The notes: a model not told the origin generated them from the letters alone. A DNA stretch of 64,000 nt from Oscillospiraceae bacterium (GCA_048201935.1 DBFBGR010000024.1:41322-105321); one strand, 5' to 3'. Positions 40,101 through 48,267 are shown, numbered from the stretch's first letter. Translations and numbers: made by a program.

Positions 40101-43100
40101 CCGTCCTTCCACCAGTAGTCGATACTGGGGTCGGCCAAAATGGCGTTCTTGTCCGGCTGGGTGACGCCGCCCCCCAGGTCCTTATAGTTCAGCAGCAGCC
40201 ACTGGAACTCCTCCCACTCCATGGTGAGGGTCTGGCCATCGTCGCCAAAGAACTTGGGGTCGCTGCCGCTAGTATACAGGGCCACCAGTGCGTCCAGCGC
40301 CACGCTCTTAAAGTCGTCCACGCTGTCAAACTTGCCCATGGGGTCGGTCTTGCGGAAATAGAACTCATTGTTGATGAGGCCGATCCCGTCCTCCAGGAGC
40401 TCGTTCAGACTGGTGTCCGAGCCGGTAAAGCCATACTCGCTCACCGCCGCCAGCAGGTCCTCCAGCTTCACCGCCGGCTCCCCGCCGTCGTTCCAGTAGA
40501 GGTCCTTGCCCTTCAGCGGGCCCTCCGCTGTGCCGCTGGTCTCCGCCTCGATGTCGGCCGGGCTCTTGTATGTCCCGGTCATCACCGCGTACTGCAGCTC
40601 CTCCCAGGATATCAGCTTGAGCTTGTCCACGCTGTCATATCCGCCGCCGCCGGCGCTCTTGGGCTTGGCCAGTACCTCCAGAGCCTTCTTCCAGGCCGTG
40701 GCGAACTCGTCGGCGTCGGCAAACTTCACCGCCTCGTCGTTGCTGTCCAGCTCCTTGCGCAGCCAGCCCATGTCCGCGTAGTCCCCGGTCTCCATCCCCT
40801 CCACGTGCCCGCCGATCATCCAATCCAGCTGGGTGGGGGTGACGTTGGCCGCGGTAAAGTTCTCAAAGGCGTGGGGCACCTTGGCGTCCGGCGTCCCATC
40901 CCCGTTCATGTCCACGCCCACATACTCCAGATAGGAGTACTTCAGCACCTCTTCCCAGGTCGCGGGGGTAGGCGGCGTGCCATAGGGCTTGCCGGGACTG
41001 GGCTCCCACCAGATATTCAGCGTGGCCGGAGCGCTGGCGCCCATGCGGTTGTAGATGATCTCCTCCTGGACCTGGCTCCAGGTCACCGTGGTCCAGTCCG
41101 GGTCCGCCCCCAGGGTGGGGGCCAGGGAGGCCACCGCATCGTCCAGGTCGTCCAAAATAGCCTGCTTCAGCGCCGCGTCGGTGGTGGCGCTGTCGTAATC
41201 ATAGGGCACGCCGTCGGCCTGCATCCGGTAGCCAAAGCCGTTGAGGAAGGAGGCCGTCACCCCCGTGGTGGTGGTCCCGTTGCCGTAAAGGGCGTCGTAG
41301 GCCTTTTTGTAGTCGTTGCTGGTGGTAGGCTTGGTCTGGATCATATAGAGCGCCGTCAGCACGTCGCTGGCGGTGTTGATCTCCATCTTGATGTCCCCCA
41401 CGCAGTTGTCCATCCGGCACCAGGTAAAGCCCGCGCAGGCGCTGTCGCTCATCAAATTGGTCCCGTCAAAGATGCCGTTGGGATTCCCCGCGGCGCACAT
41501 GACAATATGCCGCTGGAGCTGATGCCAGGTCAGCTCCACGTTGCCCTTCTTGTTGTAGATCCCCGCCGGAGCGGTGGCCGGGTCCGGGTAGGCCGCTACG
41601 ATGGCGTCCACCAGATTCTGCGTATAGGTGACACACCGGGTGCGGTTGAGCGCGGTAATTGCGCTATTCTCATCCAGTTTGAGGTTCAAATCGTTAATGG
41701 TCGCCAAGGTCATCGCGGTGGAGAGCTGGCTCGTGGTATCTCCTCGGGCAGCGGCGGTGGCCACCTCCATGAGCTGGTGAAGGGTCCCCTGGGTGACAAA
41801 TCCGTCCGTCCCCTGCCGCTCCTCGTAGGGCACGCTGTCCCCCGAGCCGTCCACCTTTTCGTAGTCAAAGTTGTTCTTCAGATTCAGCTCCCCGCCGTTA
41901 GACCGGTGCTCACCTGTGACAATATTATAGCCCTCATAGTGGTCCACGAGAACATAATCCACTCTCCAAATTACGCCGCCGGCGGTCAGGTCGATGTCCA
42001 TGAGGTCCTTGTTGTAGGCGATGTTCTTCACGTAAAACGCCTTGGTGTCCGTGGAGGGGTCCAGATCCTTGTCCTCGGTGTCAAAGGCGTTCACGTCGTA
42101 GGTCAGGCCCGCCTGCACCGCCGGGTCCCGGGTCCGCCGCACCCCCTGCCAGTCCCCGTAGAGGTCGGTGGCCCGCTGGTACTGGTACTGAAAGGAAAAG
42201 GTGGAATCCTGGGTGGAGGCGTTGTAACCGTACCGGGTCACATAGAGGCTATTGTCCACCGTAGTATACATTTCGTCCGGCAGCAGGTCAGCCCCCGGCT
42301 CATACACCGCCTTGACAATGAGCACATCCTGGCCCGGTTTGAGCAGGCTGTCAAAGTCGCTAAAATCAGCAAAGCGCAGATACCGGCTGGCATCCGCACT
42401 GGAGGTTTTATAGTCATAATGGCTGGGGCTGGTCAGAGCCGCCGACAGTCCCCCAGGCTGGAACTCGATAGTCCCCCCAGGCAGGGCCTGCACCGGCGAG
42501 CCCTTGTCGGTATAGTTCGGCTCGTGCGTACCCAGTTCGCCTGCGCCAAAGGTGGTCCAGGTGTTCTCCGTCTTCACCGAGTCCTTCAGGACCTCCCAGT
42601 TCTCCCCCGCCACCTCGATCTTGGTGTTGGCCGGGTCCTCCACAATGGCCCAGCCGTAGATATACGGATACTTCCCCGCCTCCGGGTCGTCGTTGGGCTT
42701 GGCCACGGTGTAGTACTTCTCCACCGTGTCCTTGTCCATGTTGGTGGGGTCGGCGGGGTCGGGGGTGCGCAGGGTGTTGACGATGTTCATCCGCTTGTAG
42801 AACACATAGTCCAGCTTGTTGGTCAAGGGATAGTCGTCCCCGTTGGCCACCTTCAAAGCGTCGCCGCCGTTCAACTGATAGGGATACTTGGAGCCGCGGT
42901 AATTGAACTCCCGGTCCAGGGTGTTCACCACGTTTTCGTAGTTCGCCAGTGCGGTGGGGTCGGTGGGCAACTCGCCGCCGTTCAAATACTGGCTGGCCCG
43001 CAGGTCGGGGTGGATGAAGTTGCGCTCCACGTAGGAGTTGACATCCTTGCGCACGTCGCCGCCCTTGACCACCTGGGCGCCGATGAGTTCGTCGGTGTAG

Positions 43101-44551
43101 TCGTAGTAGAGGATAATGAACTTGCCGCCATCTCCGCGGGGCGCACGGAAGGTGGGGGCGTTCACCATCTTCAGCTTCAATCCACGGCCCTCGGCGGGGC
43201 CATCCAGGTAGAGCAAATTGCTGTAATAGCTGTACCCCGCGCCGGTCTGGGGGTTCTCCTGGTCGCCGTGGCCCAGGACCTTCACGCCCTGGGTGGAGGG
43301 AATGCGGATGTGCTCCACATCCTGGATACCCGTAGGCGTGGACACGCTCACCGTGCCGTCGGGGTCGGAGGCGTCAGAACCCGCCACGGCGTTGGCGCCG
43401 AGGTAGTAATAATATTCCGTTTGGGTCCAGTCCACCGGGGCCCCGGCGGTATCCTTGCTGGAGAGTTTGGTCCATACCGTCTGGCCCGCCTCGGTGGCGG
43501 CGGCCAGGCCGTCGGAGTATGCAAAATTGCCGCCCTGGGCGGTGTCGGCCAGCCAAGTCAGCGGCGTCTTGCCGTCGTTGAGGAGATAGGCGTTGGCCCG
43601 GTCCAGGCCCAGCCAGAAGCCCTCAGGCTTGGCGGCGTCGTTCTCGCCGGTGATCTGATGGTTGATATTGGCGTTATTGTAGGCGGCGTTGACCATGACG
43701 GTGTTCTTGGGGAAACGCTTGAGGTCATAGCTAAACCGGACCACCACCACAGGGGTGGAGGTCTTGAACACCACAGGCTTATTGTCCGGCGCGTGAGCCG
43801 ACAAGGTCACCAGCGCCGTTTTGGTGTTGGTGGCGGTATCCTCGTAGTACTGGTCCACCTGGGCCGCCGCGGTAAAGGCGCTGCGGTCCCCCTCGGCGTC
43901 CAGGGCGATGGCGTTGGGCCGGGGCTTCTGCAGCGTGGCCTGGGTCACGTCGGGGAAGGGGTCGGGGTCGGCGGGGCCCCACACCTCGGGATCCACGTTA
44001 TCTGCCAAAACAATGCCCCTGGGATAGGCGGCATCCTGGTCGGCGTAGCTGGCGCCGTCCCACTCGCTGTATGTAACAGACTCCACGTCCCAGTGGACCG
44101 CAGTGAGGACATCGGTATTGACCCCCACCACCGCCGAGGCGGCGGAGAAGGGATAGTAGGTCACGGTATAGTCGGTCTCGGCCACCCCGGCAGTCCCGGT
44201 CTCGATATCGGCCAGAGCCTGGGCATACTCCGCCTCAGAGAGCTCCTTTTCCGAGCCGGTGGCATAACCGGCTGCAGGGTCGGGGCCATAGATGCGCCGG
44301 GGCGAGCGGACGCACAGGGCCAGCTCGTAGAAGCCCGTAGGCGCGCCGTTGTCGTCCACCACCACATTGCCTTGGATGGTGACCTCAGGCTTGTTCTGGA
44401 GCGTTGCCTGGGGGATCACGCCGTGATCGGCCGCGGCCAGGGCAGGCGTGGCAAACAGCAGGGCGGCCAACAACAGCGCCAGCAGGCCTCCGGTCCTCGG
44501 AAGCCTCTGCCGCAACGCGTTCCATATGCAGTTGAGTTTCTGTGTCCGCAT
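37124..44551 (-). CDS. 2475-aa secreted protein; C-terminal half built from a ~150-aa Trp/Cys-containing repeat of unknown family
   Basis: ATG 44551 lies after AGGTGAGGG. Signal peptide ...GGLLALLLAALLFATPALAAA. No SLH, LPXTG or TM anchor seen. Five near-identical C-terminal repeats plus at least 6 degenerate ones sharing W-x2-(L/F)Q(Y/W) and YWW motifs. Confidence 0.85.
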   Translation of the reverse strand: MRTQKLNCIWNALRQRLPRTGGLLALLLAALLFATPALAAADHGVIPQATLQNKPEVTIQGNVVVDDNGAPTGFYELALCVRSPRRIYGPDPAAGYATGSEKELSEAEYAQALADIETGTAGVAETDYTVTYYPFSAASAVVGVNTDVLTAVHWDVESVTYSEWDGASYADQDAAYPRGIVLADNVDPEVWGPADPDPFPDVTQATLQKPRPNAIALDAEGDRSAFTAAAQVDQYYEDTATNTKTALVTLSAHAPDNKPVVFKTSTPVVVVRFSYDLKRFPKNTVMVNAAYNNANINHQITGENDAAKPEGFWLGLDRANAYLLNDGKTPLTWLADTAQGGNFAYSDGLAAATEAGQTVWTKLSSKDTAGAPVDWTQTEYYYYLGANAVAGSDASDPDGTVSVSTPTGIQDVEHIRIPSTQGVKVLGHGDQENPQTGAGYSYYSNLLYLDGPAEGRGLKLKMVNAPTFRAPRGDGGKFIILYYDYTDELIGAQVVKGGDVRKDVNSYVERNFIHPDLRASQYLNGGELPTDPTALANYENVVNTLDREFNYRGSKYPYQLNGGDALKVANGDDYPLTNKLDYVFYKRMNIVNTLRTPDPADPTNMDKDTVEKYYTVAKPNDDPEAGKYPYIYGWAIVEDPANTKIEVAGENWEVLKDSVKTENTWTTFGAGELGTHEPNYTDKGSPVQALPGGTIEFQPGGLSAALTSPSHYDYKTSSADASRYLRFADFSDFDSLLKPGQDVLIVKAVYEPGADLLPDEMYTTVDNSLYVTRYGYNASTQDSTFSFQYQYQRATDLYGDWQGVRRTRDPAVQAGLTYDVNAFDTEDKDLDPSTDTKAFYVKNIAYNKDLMDIDLTAGGVIWRVDYVLVDHYEGYNIVTGEHRSNGGELNLKNNFDYEKVDGSGDSVPYEERQGTDGFVTQGTLHQLMEVATAAARGDTTSQLSTAMTLATINDLNLKLDENSAITALNRTRCVTYTQNLVDAIVAAYPDPATAPAGIYNKKGNVELTWHQLQRHIVMCAAGNPNGIFDGTNLMSDSACAGFTWCRMDNCVGDIKMEINTASDVLTALYMIQTKPTTSNDYKKAYDALYGNGTTTTGVTASFLNGFGYRMQADGVPYDYDSATTDAALKQAILDDLDDAVASLAPTLGADPDWTTVTWSQVQEEIIYNRMGASAPATLNIWWEPSPGKPYGTPPTPATWEEVLKYSYLEYVGVDMNGDGTPDAKVPHAFENFTAANVTPTQLDWMIGGHVEGMETGDYADMGWLRKELDSNDEAVKFADADEFATAWKKALEVLAKPKSAGGGGYDSVDKLKLISWEELQYAVMTGTYKSPADIEAETSGTAEGPLKGKDLYWNDGGEPAVKLEDLLAAVSEYGFTGSDTSLNELLEDGIGLINNEFYFRKTDPMGKFDSVDDFKSVALDALVALYTSGSDPKFFGDDGQTLTMEWEEFQWLLLNYKDLGGGVTQPDKNAILADPSIDYWWKDGGSPSQPMDIESITDLFTAGLWVKEGLLSTALDKLTVQDLTDLGIWKDERGIPYPSATTPAQAKQLVLDAIANFPYTSATVGTKSEADLAKELQYAILNANTYLPAASIPDSYWWQGEGGPAITDQESLLKAAWLYYVGDGAGTTTDRALDEMPQSVDFINKRGTGLALRSDSEGAEFADVDSFLAVLETVLKSGITYDQATSMTNYQLQYMLLGGAYKSDDDVKAEVIDTTDPENPVDSYWWFTLDSKPEPGGRKEKPIDPAQWSDFMQSAGAYYRDWDAGSFTFSPLDDKVIRDELLLRLDDAGTEIRASDFFAGDPDAMDMIISTMDAIAMSSNGSEYIDPGTLDLIKELSWYQFQYCLIHRDSLGKVPTDAEAKAECQNKYEWKYDSGETPPTPPPPEKEELPLDEAKWNDFMTSAGAYYRDWDASAFTFSPINDKVIRDVLLLRANEAGAEIRSSDFFAGNPDAMDMIISTMDAISMCANGGDYIDSSTLDLKKPLSWYQFQYCLIHRDGLAKVPTDAEAKAECAEKYDWKYGTSSGGEEPPTPSKPEIKVDPTTWSKFMQSAGSYYENWDAAAFTFSPFNDTVVKDNLLLRGDDAGTVITAAELFAGNADAMDMIITTMDAISMCANGGDYIDSSTLALIKEPSWYQFQYCLIHRDNLAEVPDEATAKAECEAKWEWKYGTGGGGGGEDPDPPEPPEETTKTEIPVDAGTWNDFMRSAGAYYELWDASAFTFPLSDSIVKDTLLLRSDDAGTVITASALFAGNPDAMDLVISTMDAISMCANGGDYIDMSSLALVKAPTWYQFQYALIHRDSLTILPDDATCKAECEAKWDWKYDTSGGGGGEQPDPGDKTEIPVDAGTWSSFMQSAGAYYELWDASEFTFVVDDSVVKDTLLLRGDDAGTVITAAELFAGNPDAMDMIITTMDAISMCANGGDYIDSSSLALIKEPSWYQFQYALIHRDSLSELPDDATCKAECEAKWAWKYTTS
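37127..39328 (-). repeat. five in-frame tandem coding repeats, period ~444-465 bp (~134-aa core + Gly/Pro/Glu linker)
   Basis: The landmark CCGCCGTTGGCGCACATGGA(G/A)ATGGCGTCCATGGTGG recurs near 37290, 37737, 38202 and 38646, with a diverged copy near 39095. Protein unit: W.(D/S/K)FM.SAGAYY..WDA..FTF......V.D.LLLR...AG..I....(L/F)FAG.(P/A)DAMD.(I/V)I.TMDAI(S/A)M(C/S).NG..YID...L.L.K..(S/T)WYQFQY.LIHRD.L...P..A..KAEC..K(Y/W).WKY. Confidence 0.9.
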
Positions 44552-44608
44552 TGCCCTCACCTGCGTTTCTCGTCAGCCTTTTCTAGCCGCTCTGCCTATC
44601 GTCTCGTC

Positions 44609-46831
44609 CTACGGTCTGGCCGTTACCCACAGCGCGTCGCAAAGGGGGCTGTGGGTGTCTCCGCTGAGGAAAAATACCTTCCAACCACTGTCCAGCGTGA
44701 TCTGCTTGCCTGAGAAAGTCAGCGTATTCCCGGACAGTCTGCCCCAGGCGATATCGGTCATCATCCCGTCTACGTACTTGGCGGCAATGACCTCCGCTCC
44801 GTCCAGCAGATCCGCGGGGGTAACGGTGATCGGTATGGTGGTCGTCCCACCGGACACCTGCGGCGTACCAAGGGTCACCTTGGTCGTAATGTCCGCAGGG
44901 GTGATGGTAAAGGTCCAGGAGGAGTCGGTGAGGCCGGTCGCGGCCTGATACTTGGTCCCCTCCGCCACATCCGCGTAGACCTGATAGGTGCCCACCGCCA
45001 CCGGATCCACCGGGGAATAGTGAAGCGTAATCGCCCCCACGCCGCCGGCAACACTTTTTTTCGGCGTCACATTGGCCGCCTTGATCTGGCCGTCATAGGA
45101 CAGGTCGGCCGGGGGCGCGAAGTCAAAATCCACTGCAGAAATGGCGGGCTTCGACACATGAAGGTTCAGCGTCAACTTCCCGCTGGTGATCGCCGGCGAC
45201 GGGTCCAAGCCAAACAAGACGGCGGATTGTCCCATCTGATTGACGATAAACACCAGTGAATAGTCGCCTGCGACCATCGGTCTGCCCGTGAGGATGTGAC
45301 GATTGCCCTTCTCCTCTCCGGCGTCGTTGACCAGCTTTAGCCCCCTGAGTAGCTCTCCCTCTATCACAAAGCGGAAGGTGGCGTCAGGGTTTCCATCAAC
45401 GGGGCGGACAAACTCGTTCAAGTCGATGCTTTCCGCGTCCACGCCGTAGACCATATCAATGTCTGTGCTCTTTCCCGACTCTTCAAACCCTACCACAAAA
45501 ACAGGACGAAGGACCGTGTCCTCCATCGGCGTCACCGTGGTCACCGTCTTTGTTCCGTTTTTGCCGTCGGTCCAGCCCGCAAAGCCATACCCATCCTTGG
45601 TGGGCACCATCTGCGTGTCCACTACGACCGTCTCCCCCGCGATGCAGTGGTGGGCGGCGGGGGCCGTTCCGGTGACCCCCGCGGGGATGGTGTAGGTCAC
45701 CGTGACCGGCGCGTTCACGATCAGGCGGTTGTCGGCGTTGACGCCGATGTCATAGTCAGCGTTGTCGCTGGTAAAGCACCCGCGGTAGTCATCAGCAGAC
45801 AGTTTTACGTGGGGAGCGGCAAACACCCCCGGTGTCTCTACGCTGACGCCCACCTGGGTGTCGGACGTTAGCGCGGCAAATGGTATGCTGACATAGCAAC
45901 CTCCCGCTAAATAGAGGTTGTTGGTCCGGGAGGCCGCGGTATTGTCCCGGATGACAGGGGTCCCAGAGAGCTTGTAGGCGGTGGCTATATCCCCCACGCA
46001 CGCATATATGCCGCCGCCCTGCTCCGTAGCGGTGTTGTCCGCGATCGTGCCGCCGGTCATGGTAAACTTGCTCCCGCTAGGCAAATAGACGCCGCCGCCC
46101 CGCTCCGTAGCGGTGTTGTCCATAATCGTGCCGCCGGTCATAGCAAACTCGCCGCCAGAATCCAAATAAACGCCGCCGCCAAGCTTAGCTTGGTTGTGGT
46201 CGATACTACCGCCATACATGCGGAAGATACCATCATCCAAAATGTACACACCGCCGCCAGAGGCCGCCTCTCCCTTGCGGACGGCTTGATTACCGGTGAT
46301 GCTGCCACCATAGAGCTCCAGCGTTCCGCCGCTCGCCCGCACGCCGCCGCCACCAGCAGACTTGCCGCCGGTGACCTTACCGCCGCCGGCGCAGTCGCAC
46401 AGACGCAGCGTAGCCCCAGCTCTCACGGTGATGACGCTACCCGAGCCGCCCGCGTCCAAGGTGTGGCCGTTCAGACAGAGGTCCACAGACTCACCCGCAG
46501 GAACGTTCAGATTGCCTGTAAGATCGCCACTCAAATAGTACTTCCCCGCGCTTAGGTCGGCCGTGGCTGAGACAGGGCTCCAGTCGGTGTGGTCTCCCAC
46601 CGCGTCGTGGAGCGCGTCATTCGTGGCGCTTAGCGCGGCGGGAAGCTCGTCCTCCGGCGTCACGTCCACAACGTCAGGCGTGCCCGCGCGCGGACGCTCC
46701 GCCGCCACCGCCTCCTCGCCCATAGGGGTCTCGGCCACGGTGGGGGCATCCATGATCGTGGCCGCGCCGGCCCGGACGGGCAGCATTAGAGCGCAGACGA
46801 GCAGCCCCATCCATATATGAAGTTTTTTCAT
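44609..46831 (-). CDS. 740-aa secreted parallel beta-helix (Pmp-like GGG-V/FxxN repeat) protein with Flg_new and Ig-like C-terminal modules
   Basis: ATG 46831 lies 9 nt after GAAGGGA. Signal peptide MKKLHIWMGLLVCALMLPVRAGAA. CLNGHTLDAGGSG...LRLCDC, then repeated GGGVY...F.M.GG.I..N.A units. GYGFAGWTDG (Flg_new). No recognisable wall anchor. Confidence 0.8.
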   Translation of the reverse strand: MKKLHIWMGLLVCALMLPVRAGAATIMDAPTVAETPMGEEAVAAERPRAGTPDVVDVTPEDELPAALSATNDALHDAVGDHTDWSPVSATADLSAGKYYLSGDLTGNLNVPAGESVDLCLNGHTLDAGGSGSVITVRAGATLRLCDCAGGGKVTGGKSAGGGGVRASGGTLELYGGSITGNQAVRKGEAASGGGVYILDDGIFRMYGGSIDHNQAKLGGGVYLDSGGEFAMTGGTIMDNTATERGGGVYLPSGSKFTMTGGTIADNTATEQGGGIYACVGDIATAYKLSGTPVIRDNTAASRTNNLYLAGGCYVSIPFAALTSDTQVGVSVETPGVFAAPHVKLSADDYRGCFTSDNADYDIGVNADNRLIVNAPVTVTYTIPAGVTGTAPAAHHCIAGETVVVDTQMVPTKDGYGFAGWTDGKNGTKTVTTVTPMEDTVLRPVFVVGFEESGKSTDIDMVYGVDAESIDLNEFVRPVDGNPDATFRFVIEGELLRGLKLVNDAGEEKGNRHILTGRPMVAGDYSLVFIVNQMGQSAVLFGLDPSPAITSGKLTLNLHVSKPAISAVDFDFAPPADLSYDGQIKAANVTPKKSVAGGVGAITLHYSPVDPVAVGTYQVYADVAEGTKYQAATGLTDSSWTFTITPADITTKVTLGTPQVSGGTTTIPITVTPADLLDGAEVIAAKYVDGMMTDIAWGRLSGNTLTFSGKQITLDSGWKVFFLSGDTHSPLCDALWVTARP

Positions 46832-46955
46832 CGCGCTCACATCCCTTCGGCCCTAGAGTGGCAAGCGGTCAGACAAATTTCGCCGCGCCCGTTTTCTTCC
46901 AGATATTACCAGCTTTTAGCTGTGTTCATGGCATAAAGACACAGTTTCATGATTG

Positions 46956-46984
46956 ATTATAAACCAAGCCGAGGCAAAATGCAA
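46956..46984 (-). promoter_or_regulatory. sigma-A-type promoter of the surface-protein operon
   Basis: Minus strand reads TTGCAT (46984-46979), 17 nt, TATAAT (46961-46956), with an upstream A-tract CGAAAAAAATG. It predicts a leader of roughly 115 nt before ATG 46831. Confidence 0.6.
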
Positions 46985-47008
46985 CATTTTTTTCGAAATA
47001 TGTAAACC

Positions 47009-47055
47009 AAAATATAGCAAAAAGCAGACTCGCCCGCTTTTTCCCGCGGACGAGT
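47009..47055 (-). terminator. intrinsic terminator after prfB
   Basis: GCAGACTCG (47014-47022) pairs with CGAGTCTGC (47041-47049), with an inner CCGC/GCGG helix. T-run on the minus strand, A/T runs on both sides. Confidence 0.75.
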
Positions 47056-47085
47056 CTGCTTTTTCTTGATAACAGGGAGATTTCC

Positions 47086-48207
47086 TTACTTTTCCACCCA
47101 GTTTCCTGTGGCTTCGCAGGTCAGATAGGCGTTGATGAAGCCGTCCAGGTCGCCGTCCATGACGGAATTGATGTTGGCGGTCTCAAAGCCGGTTCGGGTG
47201 TCCTTCACCAACTGGTAGGGCATGAAGACATAACTGCGAATCTGGCTGCCCCATTCGATCTTCATCTGCACGCCCTTGAGGTCGGAGATCTTCTCGGCGT
47301 GGGCCTGCATCTGGAGCTCAACGAGCTTGGAGCGGAGCATGCGCATACAGGTGTCCCGGTTCTGGAACTGGCTGCGCTCTTGCTGGGAGGAGACCACGAT
47401 GCCCGTGGGCTTATGGATAAGCCGGACGGCGGAGGAGGTCTTGTTGATGTGCTGGCCGCCGGCGCCGGAGGAGCGGAAGACCTGCATCTCAATGTCCTCG
47501 GGGCGGATGTCCACCTCCACGTCGTCGGGGATCTCGGGCATGACCTCCAGCGCGGCAAAAGAAGTCTGCCGCCGGGCGTTGGCGTCGAAGGGGCTGATGC
47601 GTACCAGGCGGTGGACGCCATTTTCTCCCTTCAAATAGCCGTAGGCGTTTTCCCCGGAGATGACGATGGTGGCCGACTTCATCCCCGCCTCGTCGCCGTC
47701 CAGATAGTCCACCACCTCGCAGGAATAGCCGTGGCGCTCGGCCCAACGGGTATACATCCGAAAAAGCATCTGCGCCCAGTCCTGGGCCTCGGTGCCGCCG
47801 GCCCCGGCGTGAAAGGTCAGGATGGCGTTGGAGTTATCGTACTCCCCGGTGAGCAACGTGGCCAGCCGGGCCTTCTCCATGTCCTCCTCCAACTGGGCAA
47901 AGCCCTCGGTGAGCTCGGGGATGAGACTTTCGTCCTCCTCCTCGTTGCCCATCTCGCACAGGGTCATCAGATCGGACCACTGGCCCTCCCGGCGGGTCTG
48001 GCTGTCCATCTTGTCCTGCAGGGCCTTGATGCGCTGCTGGGTCTTTTGGGCCTTGTCCAGGTCGTCCCAAAAGCCCTCGGCGGCGGACTGGGCCTGCAAC
48101 AGGTCCAGCTCCCGCTCGGCGGCGTCCAGGTCCAAGGCGGCCTTGAGCTTTTCCAGCTCGGGCTTAATATTGTTCAGCTTTACCTTGTATTCGTCAAATT
48201 CCAGCAT
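47086..48207 (-). CDS. prfB: peptide chain release factor 2
   Basis: SPF tripeptide (RISPFDANARRQTSF), GGQ motif (SGAGGQHINKTSSAVRL), HAGAGGTEAQDWA. The frame is contiguous through the region where many bacteria carry the +1 frameshift site. Confidence 0.95.
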   Translation of the reverse strand: MLEFDEYKVKLNNIKPELEKLKAALDLDAAERELDLLQAQSAAEGFWDDLDKAQKTQQRIKALQDKMDSQTRREGQWSDLMTLCEMGNEEEDESLIPELTEGFAQLEEDMEKARLATLLTGEYDNSNAILTFHAGAGGTEAQDWAQMLFRMYTRWAERHGYSCEVVDYLDGDEAGMKSATIVISGENAYGYLKGENGVHRLVRISPFDANARRQTSFAALEVMPEIPDDVEVDIRPEDIEMQVFRSSGAGGQHINKTSSAVRLIHKPTGIVVSSQQERSQFQNRDTCMRMLRSKLVELQMQAHAEKISDLKGVQMKIEWGSQIRSYVFMPYQLVKDTRTGFETANINSVMDGDLDGFINAYLTCEATGNWVEK

Positions 48208-48267
48208 GGTTTCACACAACTCTCAAAATAGGATCACAGGATATTATATCCAAAATCAGCTCTCGCG

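Noticed and set aside
39479-44713. 1744-aa plus-strand ORF (and 37061-39292, 743 aa) antisense to the 2475-aa repeat protein gene
   Set aside because: Same compositional artefact. The ORF crosses the intergenic gap and the start of the neighbouring gene, and it has no RBS. Its periodicity simply mirrors the sense-strand tandem repeats.
9135-46984. Whether the surface-protein region is a mobile genomic island
   Set aside because: No integrase, transposase, tRNA gene, flanking direct repeats or phage genes are visible. Apart from the N-terminal tip segment, composition matches the housekeeping flanks. Island status cannot be supported from this window.
48090-48160. Looked for the programmed +1 frameshift site (CUU UGA C with an upstream SD-like element) usual in prfB
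   Set aside because: The frame is contiguous from ATG 48207. The region aligning to the frameshift site reads ...AAL DLD... (GCC TTG GAC) with no in-frame stop. This RF2 gene belongs to the known minority that lacks autoregulatory frameshifting, so it is not an anomaly.
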